DNA from: Tubulanus polymorphus
Taxonomy: Eukaryota > Animalia > Nemertea
DNA length: 64,000 nucleotides
Direction: 5' to 3'
Assembly: GCF_964204645.1 (NCBI RefSeq)
Contig: NC_134031.1
Coordinates: 744,001 to 808,000, forward strand
Positions 53,759 to 64,000 of this stretch are shown here, one piece after another; the first letter of the stretch is position 1; each line of letters begins with the position of its first letter. The position numbers were made by a program, and so were the translations under genes. The notes beneath the pieces are model-generated. The model was not told the DNA's origin. It worked only from the letters and a program-made list of their open reading frames with translations, and ran no database searches.

Positions 53759-55764
53759 TCGGTTACTGATGCCTCTGTAAATTGTAGTTTGTCACGCGAA
53801 TTTGTTTTACAATCTGTCGATATTAAAACGATAAAACTGGCGCATTTTTGTCATAGTTGAAACATCGCGACGCTGTTTATCTCTTGGAGTAATCATCTGA
53901 ATGACAGTCTCCAAGCTTTCTCTCTGTAACCGCCTCCAGTCGCCGTGAAGATCGAAATGGGAGTTATACCGCCGGATTGTCACGTGACTCATGATGGTAC
54001 GATGGATCGGTCACGTGATCGATAGGAAGACAGATTGTCTACGTGACTGATGAGAAGTTATGGGGTAATTTTGGTAATTGGATTTCTCGAAATATTTTTG
54101 CAATGGAAAATATTCGATCAAACCGGCGTAATGAATTCGACGTAAACGTTTTCACCCATCCACCGACCTGCGGAGTGATACTAGGGTGGCTCCTGTATTT
54201 CGATGAAGGCCGGAGCAGGTTAATTCCTAATGAGCGAATCTGCGACGGCTGCCGGTGCGGTCAGTACCCCTAACTCCACCGCGCAGCCTTTCAGATGTAG
54301 ACTTGCAGATAATTCGATGATGGGCAGTTACACTTCCGGTGGTTACCGGTGGTCATTATCGCGCAGTAACGGCGTCAGCTTACGCGGTCAGTGTATTGTG
54401 TGATAGGACACGTTTTATCACCGCGTTAGTGTCTAACAAACCTCGATTGAACGGAAATAAGATAAAGATTATCCGTGACTCGTAAAGAATTGCTCGCCAG
54501 ACATAGATAGAAAAACGACACCGACATAAACGGCGTATTTCACAGGAAATTAGCTGCAGTCTGAATGAGTCAAGATTCAGGGTCAAACAGCCCGTTAACA
54601 CAACGTAAATTCACACGAACAACGGCTTTTTTATTATCGATAGCCATTGAAAAGGTTACGATAAAATTCTCACTCTGTCGGTCATACGGCCATTGATGGG
54701 ACTGTAAACTCATTATCACGAGTGATTTGCGGGCGGCATTAGTGAGGGTTCTTAAATGTCGAGAATATATCTTACATTCAGCATCCACTTGCTTGGAGTG
54801 CAATACAGTCAATCCTGTTTAACTTAGCAAAATAGGAACCGACAGAATTGTTTCAAGTTAAGAACAGAAAAGAGAAAAGATCAGAAAATATATGAGGAAT
54901 GTCAGATTTCTAGGATTTGTCATGTTAGCCATGCTTGAGTAAGAATTGAAAGTGAACTGTTTTCAACTGTAAACCTCATAATTCAGATCTATGGAACTGG
55001 CCCATGAAAAGCTTGAAATCCTTATTCATTCATGGAGTTTACTTATATGCAAATGGCCTTGTGATGTCAATCAATGGCGCGCTATTGGTTCTGGTATTGG
55101 TGGGTTCGAGTCCATGTATGCTTTCAGGATGATTACTGCGTTCGAATCCCGGTTACGATTGAATTTACAACACGTTTTCTTTTCTATTGTAATCTATGCC
55201 TCGGTGGCCGTTTCTGATGGCAGTCGTGTGGTGTTCGCGATAGATTTCCACTATATAATCCCGTCGTCATCAGTAAGAATGCTAAGCCTCAGTCAAGGTT
55301 TTCGCTTGACGTCCACTTGACAGCTATTCGTAATTACCAACTTATGATACTTAAGAGTAATTCCATCAAGTGGGTATAAAGTCGATGATAGCAATGGCCC
55401 TGACTAGCGGCTAATAGCATTGTATTATAGGATAGGTCTATTCTAATCACTGCATTAGAAAAGGCGAAGGAACAAGGTACTAACAACCCTACGAAGACAA
55501 TAAGCTTTTCAGCACTGTTCTTTTACAGGAAGTTTCTGAAAAAGATGAAAAAAATCAAATGTATATTTTCAGCATTTTTGCATTTTCTGCTAAAATCTAT
55601 ATTTGATGGTTCTATCTAAGAATTCACCAGTGCAAGCGTCAATTAGAGAGTCTTATTCATCCCCGACATTGCCCTATAGCTGCCGCGCTTACATCGCCTT
55701 CACAGTTGAAATAGGGAGAAACCGTTTAAACGCCAGAAAAAAACAATTTTCGATTCGCTCGGTG

Positions 55765-55796
<32 letters not shown>

Positions 55797-56663
55797 GGTG
55801 CTGGGGCAGAGAATATTAGACTCTATAGAGTTAAAACTAGCTGTAAAAATGAATGGAAATTCCTATCGGTTGAAATTCCTTTACAATAGAATACAGACCC
55901 GTTACGAGTACTAGAGAATGAGGGAGAGAGAGAGTGGAGTTTGAGAGAGAGAGGGAGAGAGAGTGGAGTTTGAGAGGGAAAAACTGAAAGATAACACAGA
56001 TGTTTGAAATCAAATACGTTCACTTCGCGTCGTATTTAACGTTGAATATTTTATGCCGTTACTTTCAAATCGAATTTCCTTATTTCCGATAACGAATTAG
56101 AATTCGATTTCGTTTGAAAACCCAATCACTTAATGGCTGAGAAATAAAAAAGAAGCTTAGAGTGGGTAGGTGAAACCTCACTTTTACTGTTTGTGATTTT
56201 ATGGGTGATGTACACTATTTTGGTTAAATATAGTTCCTTATGGATGAAGAATAGAATTTTTAAAGATGTTTTATATTTTCAGAATGTTTGTGTATATACA
56301 TGTATATATGATGAGCTCAATGATCACTTTATATTCTGTATTGATTAACAATCAATCGATGATTTTGATCGGGCAATTTACAGCGTGTAAATTGAGGTCG
56401 ATGCTATCAGCTCGAGTTGATCTGATCTCGAACACATCTCCCATTGATCTACACGACGAACTAAACGGTATTTCCCGGTCTTGTTTCAGTTAGAGCACCG
56501 AGAAATGAGACGAAAACCTCTTCGATTTGAATTATTTGTTTCGCTGTATAGTTTGCTTCGTTTTATGATCACGACTGAGCTCACGTGATCCTTCTAAAAA
56601 CTGCCTCTTTACGAGTCCATGAAACCAAACCAACAAAACAGCAAGATATTTTTAATCACTATT

Positions 56664-56937
56664 CAGTTCCGCAGTTGGAACCTCGAGTAAACTCTGAACT
56701 CAGGATCCAATTCCGCAGTTGGAACTTCGAGTTAACTCTGAACTCAGGATCCAGTTCCGCAGTTGGAACTTCCAGTTAACTCTGAACTCCGGATCCAGTT
56801 GCACAGTTGTGAGTTAGAGTTAACTCTGAACTCAGGATCCAGTTCCGCAGTTGGAACTTCGAGTTAACTCTGAACTCCGGATCCAGTTGCACAGTTGTGA
56901 GTTAGTGCTGTGAACTCAGGTTCCAGTTGCACAGTTT
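56664..56937. repeat. ~44-bp minisatellite built from a MITE left arm
   Basis: GGATCCAGTTCCGCAGTTGGAACTTCGAGTTAACTCTGAACTCA units; shares CACAGTTGTGAGTTAGAGTTAACTCT with the MITE at 29187. Confidence 0.88.
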
Positions 56938-57896
56938 GCAATGAGAGTGAACTCTCAAAATCGTTTTATTTTCAAGGTTTTTACTGTGCTGTGATCAGAA
57001 CTCAGAACTCTATAGACCTGGGTCCAACTGACGTTTCGGGCATCTTCAGAATATCTATTTGAAACAGTCTGATGCGAAGATACTGAGTTTTTTTTTCTCT
57101 TAGCATCTTAGAACACTAAATTCCCTCTTTCTGGTAATTCCTTGGTCGCCAGAGTAGCATTATCTCTCGGATCTAGTAATCGGTTTAGAAACAACCATTA
57201 ACTTCCTCTACTGAAAATCAACTTAGAACCGGGAATTGAAAATGAAAAAAAAAAACACCGCGCTGTTTCAATCCCCCCATTCAATACGATCTAATTTCAC
57301 TCGAATTTTAAAATTAACTTTTTATCGCCTCAGTGAATGAAACATTGCGTCCTTCTTTCTCCGGCGTCTCTCTATTTTGTCTCACTCCACACGCGTGCGC
57401 GCGGTAACTCTTCACGGCGACGTCTCCTGTTGAAAAGGGAATTGAATTAAAACATGTGAAAGTAATCGAAGCCGGCGCCGGGGCAGGTGCGCGCAGGTGC
57501 GCTTCGCTAATTAGTGAGTAGTAAGATTGTGTTTTAAGGAGGCCTGCTACTGCTACGAAGAATCCTGTGAAGATTGTCTCTTTCTAACGGTAAATGTCTA
57601 TAATACGCCTACACTGAGTATCATCACTGATTTTATGATCTAATAAAATATAATATAATGATAAGAATTATGAGTCCGAAAAGAGACATAAAAACAATCA
57701 GCTCTTCTTTGGGCATCTTTATGTCGTCCATTAGTGATTGTATTTCTGTGTATAAAACTTAATGCAACTCGAAACTAGAATAAGAAGTTCTTACACTTAT
57801 ATTCTTAGCTCATTCAACGAATGAAAAAAAAAACCATATATTTCAATGGCTAATTAAAAAATAAGAAAACGTTACCGGAGTATGTATCGCGTGAAA

Positions 57897-57968
57897 GGTC
57901 GGGTTGGATTCGATCCCGGCAGCACCACGAGTGAAATAGGGACTGCCTAACTCACTGGGCCAACCTGA
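57897..57968 (-). mobile_element. tRNA-derived SINE head or tRNA pseudogene
   Basis: Minus strand GGTTGGCCCAGTGAGTTAGGCAG...GCCGGGATCGAATCC. Confidence 0.5.
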
Positions 57969-59688
57969 CAAGTTGATAGCGTCGTTCATGACTGAACCTG
58001 GTGAACGAACCTTGCGAATTCATGATGACGTCAAATTAGGGTAGACCTCTGACGTCATTAAACGTATGCGTTGTACTGAATATGATTTTGAACTACTTCA
58101 TTTAGTAAAGTCCCAAGGCGTATCTATGTATTATAAAGATATATATTCGATATTCTATAAAGTCTAGAGAGTTAGTATTTATAGGAATTGACCAGACATT
58201 TCCAGGGTTCAATAATCTATCACTTCCGCCAAAATGGTGACCTGTTCTCTCTCTAGGAGGGCGGGATTGAGTCGATCGTTTTAAACCACGAGGATCAGTT
58301 TTTGTTCGATAAATGATAAAATGTCATCGCATTTCAGCCGCATCAGACTCTTATCCGTTTAAACCACCGACTTATTTTCAGAGGGATTATAGCTTGTACC
58401 GGGGTGTATTGTCAGTTGTCGGGCGCTCAGGAGACGAGTCGGATGGAGTTTGGAGTGCTCCAATGATGTAGATACGGTAGTTCTGTGTAGTATGTGCACT
58501 GAACGCATCTCCCGCGCTCCTCGCTAGCTAGCTCTCTCTCTCTCGCTTCGTGTCCGGGTTCTGAGAGTGCGTGTGCAGCCAATACAACTCACTGATCATT
58601 CTTCACGTTCTCATACTAACTACACCGTGTTCGCGTTCGCATAGGTAGGAAAACTTACCTCATTCTTACCTCATCGAGGATAAGCGTTTATTCTGTTGAT
58701 GTTACAATTAATTGTTCATACACTTGGATTAACTACCGTATTTGTATCGCTTGATTGGATTATAATCGTCGGATACTTATCAGTCTTATCAGTTACTTAT
58801 CACCTGCACGTAAAAACGGAGTTAATATCAATTGCGATAGATGTGATAGCGTTAATGAATATCATTTAGTTTTATACGGTGAAACTTGAGAGTTTAAGTC
58901 GAGTTTTAGTTGTGACGATGATGATCGTTATTGCGTCGACGACTTTAATTTAGTAAATCGAATTAGAAATTTACAAATAGAGACGACTTCAGTATTTGAC
59001 AAATTATCCGTCTGTTCGACTGTAGTTTAATCTCATTCGTAGGTAGGATAGGATGATGATACATGTGTATTTTAAAGTTGATTTCTTCCTTTTATACAAA
59101 TATTCGATCAGTGTTTGTGGTTAGGATGAAGAATCAGATGATTCTTTCGGCTCATTTCACTTTTTCATTATCGAGTATATTGTAGTGAGTCGATGTGTGG
59201 TGTGTATTCTATTTCTATAAGTCGCGGGTTTGACAGTTGTATTCAACTGTCTCACCGAGCCGGGTCCCATTCTTCCAGTCTTCGCCCCGGCGTGTCTCTG
59301 AATTATTACCCGCATTCACAGTTTATCGCTTTGACATTTCTAATTTAAATATTCAACATCAATTAAAATTTGTTCCACTTGTCGTTCACGCGTCGCGGAT
59401 TAGCTGAAAATTGAATTCCTAGTGCGAAGCAGAATTTCTAATCCTATTTGCCGTTGATAGATTCTATTGTCGGCAGGTAACAGATATAGAAAGAAAAATG
59501 AATGATAAAAACCTGCGCTTAATCTGATATATGGAGGCAGTAACGTATTAGTAGAATAATAGTCCGCGCATTGGCGTGCAGAATTTATAGATAATCAGAT
59601 TAAGATCCACTTAAAGAAATCAAAAAGAATTCATTTATCAAGAATTGTAATCATGAATTTAGAATACACAACGTTACGGGCTCTCTCT

Positions 59689-59743
<55 letters not shown>

Positions 59744-59889
59744 TCTCCAGAGAATCATCAGGTGTTTTTTTTAAATTTTCTATTAAGAAGTATTAACAGG
59801 ATAGTAGACTAACTGACTGATGCTTTCCCTCTCGTTGTTTATACATAGATTCATAGAAATCACATCTTGTTTATTTTAACAAGCAGATT

Positions 59890-59983
59890 TTGAAGGCAGT
59901 AAAATTGGGATATTTTGAAGGCAGTGGATTGGGATATTTTGAAGGCAGTGGATTGGGATATTTTGAAGGCAGTGGACTGGGAT
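59890..59983. repeat. 24-bp repeat TTTTGAAGGCAGTGGATTGGGATA
   Basis: Four copies. Confidence 0.85.
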
Positions 59984-61477
59984 CTGGGATAATTTCCGCA
60001 GTCTGTCAAATAAAAACCCACCACATTTGATGAAATATCCCATTTATTTTCTAACCATTTCGAACGAGATTTTGTAATTACCAGATCTACAATAAAGCCC
60101 CGCGCAACTATACACGCAACGCGAAACTCGATGTTTCGAACTGAATTGTAAATAGATAACTATTAAATTGTAATTAACTAATTTAACATTGATCCCAGTT
60201 TTATACAAGACGCAATCATGTAACGGTTTAGATTTGTTTAGTAAACACGTTACACACACTACCAGCAGCAGCAGCATCACGTAGTTATAGGTTTGGTATG
60301 TGAGCTAGGATCGAGAGAGGGAGAGAGAGGATGGGTGTGTTGATGTTGTATCTTGAGTATTACGTGTATAGGTAAATACCATACCACAATACATACACTT
60401 TATACCAATAACCACCGCTATCCCTGCCGTACTGGTTCAGCTCTTCTTATACCCCGAATAACCCGGATATCTCAACAGCCAAAACCCACTTATCGAACTC
60501 AATCGCTGGATATCAACGGCTTTTTTCTGGTAAAGATGTTAATTGCCACTTAAGCATATTATGAAATGAATGCATGATATATTTCATACATCAATTTCAC
60601 AGTTTTTTTGTTGGTTGGATCTCAATTTACTCTACTATGGATCCTTCAAGCACTGAATAACTCGTAATATTTTTCTAGCGCAAGCAGCTGGCTTATTCTC
60701 TTTTGGAAAATCAATCGATTGACAGCTATTTCTACGATGCATATTGATAATTCTTTTAGAAATTGAAAAAATTAAAGTACATAATAATATTCTGAGATAT
60801 CATAATAGCTAATTAACCAGTCCCAGGATTTCATATATAACAAATGATAATTGAGGATATGATGATCATTGTCGGATTTATTTAGATACTACATGTATGT
60901 ACAGCACATAATTCGTGAAATATGTTAGCAACATGATGAATTTCAAAGTGCATTGCTAGTAACTTATACACGTCAGGTAGTCATTACTGGTTACAGTGGC
61001 TTTAGGAGGCAATAAACCATATACTCAATCGTTCCTTAAATACTGCTTAGATTGATAATAGAATCTATTATTTACCGAGATGGTGATAAGACCGAATTCT
61101 GACGTTTGTCGTGTGATAAGTTTCTGATAAGACTAATTTGAAATTCGTACAGTGTCTAAGCGAAGGAGTAGCGAAGTTGCGCAATGAGGATTGTGTCGGA
61201 TTTCAGGACGGTATTAACCGGATAGATTGAAGCGCAGACTGTTTGTGTCTGTGTAAAATACATCGGAAATATAACTGATTAATCATTATATGATGGATAT
61301 CACGTAACGTCGTGTAATCAGTGGAAGACATCGAGTATCGGATGAAAATGTCAAAACAGCGTTGAGACACTAAAATGACAGTCCTCCTAAAATTGTAGTG
61401 ATTTCACATACGCTGAAATGCTGGTAGAGTTACAGTGATCGAAGCCGCAGTTCGGGCTGTCTGAGAAAAAATCGTGA

Positions 61478-61817
61478 ATGCGAAAAATGCCAAAGATGAA
61501 TCAAGTTTATGTGTATTCACCTCAATCGGGGTCCACTAAAACTTCATTATTTACAGAACCGCCTAGTAAATCAGCGCTATGTTTGAGGTCGATAAAACGA
61601 TTTATACGCAGGAATTTACTGGCGATTCTGTGCGTTCTGTTCGCTCTGTTCTGGTGCAGTTTAGCCGTCGTTATGATTCTCGTTTATTCGCAATATTTAC
61701 ATTACGTTCCGCCGCAAAATAAAACAATAACAACAACAATGTTAACTCCAACTGAAAATGGAATTATCCTCAGACCGACCATTCGAGCAATAATTGAAAA
61801 GCCTTCCGATAAAACAG
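61478..61817 (+). CDS. First coding exon of a type II membrane protein; candidate transmembrane N-terminus of agrin
   Basis: About 45-aa polar N-tail ending in basic IKRFIRRN, hydrophobic LLAILCVLFALFWCSLAVVMILVY, Thr/Pro-rich stalk with sequon NKT, consensus phase-1 donor ACAG|GTAAGT. Confidence 0.65.
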
Positions 61818-63453
61818 GTAAGTAATAGAACAAATCAACATTAGAACGTGCTCCACCGCTGTTTACTCACTCCCACTCCCATAAACAACGCCATCTCCCT
61901 TAAAAATAGTATCGAATAAAAAAGTCCTGCAGTCGCCCAAAATCCTATCAATGGCGTAAATTTTCTTTCCAAAAACCACTATATACTTTATATTAAGGTA
62001 ACTATTTTGGAATCTGATGAAAATCCATTATGGTGACGTTTATATGAAGTAGGTGTTTTCCCCGGAGAGTGCTCGCAGATACCCCTCAGTTTCACCATGG
62101 ACTCTGTTTCAGAGTTTCGTTTCGACTCCAGACACCCCCCCCCCCGTCAAACTGAACCATTCATCAATTACCTCATATATCAACCTCGTATATAAACAAA
62201 TCTATTGTCAATCAATATTGTGGAAAGGTTTCCAATTATTGTACCACTGTTTATCCGAAATCTTTGTTCTTCTACGTATCGTCATAAAGCGTGCGGTGCC
62301 TACCGGTCCCATAATGCATTATATATTTATTGAAGAATGATGGGTAATTGGGTAACAATGGATCCGTTGAGTGGTAACAATGTTAACCGTTGATCGCCGT
62401 TGGTTACGACCTGTGTGCAGACGACAGATTCCTGTTGTTCGGATAATGGCATCGCGATGGATGTCGGATAGCGGGGGATTACACCCCGTATTAAACCAAG
62501 CGTCCGATCAATTAACATTGTACAAACACTGGAGAAAATGCCACTCGAATACGCATCATCTAGACCTACGTGGTAACATCGAAATGGCTGAAACTGAAAT
62601 TATAGTGAATGTATGAATAAGTCTACAGTCCATTTATTGATTAATAAGATTTGTTTTTCTGTGGTATTTCGCTTAAATATTGGAATACATACCTATAGGA
62701 CCTTAACGTGACCCCGAGAAACTCAAAATGCCCCGGTCTGGTACCAGTTCAGTACTGATTTCAAGGACTGTCAACGAGCGTCTTCTATTTCTCAAAAATA
62801 AATCACAGAAAAAAGAACAATTTGCCCTACGAAATCATGGCACGTTTCATGGTAACAATATCAGTCTCTTAAAACAGTATTTCAAAATTCGTTGGTGAAA
62901 GAACGGAATTGATAGCGCCAATATTTTTCCTGTCGCTGTCGTTGTCGTGTCAGTGATAAGGATGTATTAATTGCCATTTTTCATTTATTATTAGATCACA
63001 TTGAATTAACAGAAATATCGCGTATATCAGTAAAAAAGTGACCGGTTTTGGCCGCATGTAAATCGGCCACAGATGGTCGCAGCTTTGATGCACTTATTTT
63101 CTATCTCAGCAGTTTTATCAGCTACATGTAATACGTTTAGCCAATTGGTTTTCGCTGAAATGAAGCTGATATAAACCACTTCCAATACTCTATGCCTCAT
63201 TGCTGCTGTGATAAGCGAGGTTGGCTATTTTTCAAACGCGTAGTTGTTTTTCTGAACTCATGTCCGCAATCCTTACCACGCCGTATGTCACTATATATCG
63301 TGCAGACCTTTTTTTTTGGTTAGTCCATGTGTATTTGAATTCAACTCACGCTAAGACCTCAGAGCTGAAGAATTCTCTTAAGAGTTTGAGCTTTGGTATT
63401 TTTGGTCAGCGATCGAAAACATGAAGAAATCCTACCTGTTTTGTAAACACCTG

Positions 63454-63735
63454 GGCCCGGTTTCATAGACTGAGTATCAAAGTTATCCCTAGGGTTAAAT
63501 CCTCAATCTGGGTGACAACCACCATAGTAACAATGAGAAACCATGGTTATAACTGACAAATTTCAAAATGTTCCCAGGGATTATTTTGCTTCCACATCTA
63601 TGAAACCAGGCCAAGGGGTTGCAGTTGCTCAAATGGTGGTCAAAGATAATCAACGGATAGATACCATAAACCTTTAATTGTCACTATGTCAACTATCCAC
63701 TGGTTAACTGTAACACATTTTTGAGCAACTGGCCC
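63454..63735. mobile_element. Two abutting PIF/Harbinger-like MITEs
   Basis: 63454-63612 is a copy of 29955-30110; 63616-63735 (TIR CAGTTGCTCAAA/TTTGAGCAACTG) is a full copy of the fragment at about 29781-29880. Confidence 0.75.
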
Positions 63736-64000
63736 CAGGGCTCTGTACAACAGACATTCCTTTTGCCAGGCGTTTATTTGTATTATCTAAGTTATATTTT
63801 AAGATAAAATTTATTACAGTATCATCTAGCTGGCAATCGTGTCCTGAGCATTACCGTAAGCTTTTAAAAATGAAGAATGTTTCCACAATAAATTGCTTAA
63901 TTTGACAGAATGCGGCATTCAATTAATGATGTCTACTGGAATTAACGGATCGCTATGTATTCTGGGGGAATGTAGACATTGACCGCCACTGTTCGAGCTC

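Overview
Intron-rich, AT-rich genomic DNA from an invertebrate bilaterian (probably a lophotrochozoan; the taxon cannot be fixed from sequence alone). All intact genes are on the + strand: an 8-exon EGFL7/EGFL8-like gene (2996-8444), Roquin/RC3H (CDS from 12696 to about 19.5-19.8 kb), an intronless class A peptide-receptor-like GPCR (22945-24090), a 25-exon EHMT1/2 (G9a/GLP) gene (25078-36901), and the signal peptide+NtA exon of agrin (40080-40536) followed by a very long intron. Main leads: (1) a phase-matched transmembrane-anchor exon (61478-61817) inside the agrin intron that looks like an invertebrate counterpart of vertebrate TM/SN-agrin; (2) a decayed, apparently intronless minus-strand gene (10274-11543) whose motifs resemble a family I recall from bacteria and giant viruses; (3) EGFL7/8-Roquin-EHMT linkage matching the vertebrate MHC paralogon; (4) a Penelope-like insertion with a minimal hammerhead ribozyme; (5) two H3K9-mimic motifs in EHMT; (6) several minisatellites built from MITE ends. 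Exon boundaries were assigned by hand from GT-AG sites and frame continuity; no database searches were run.
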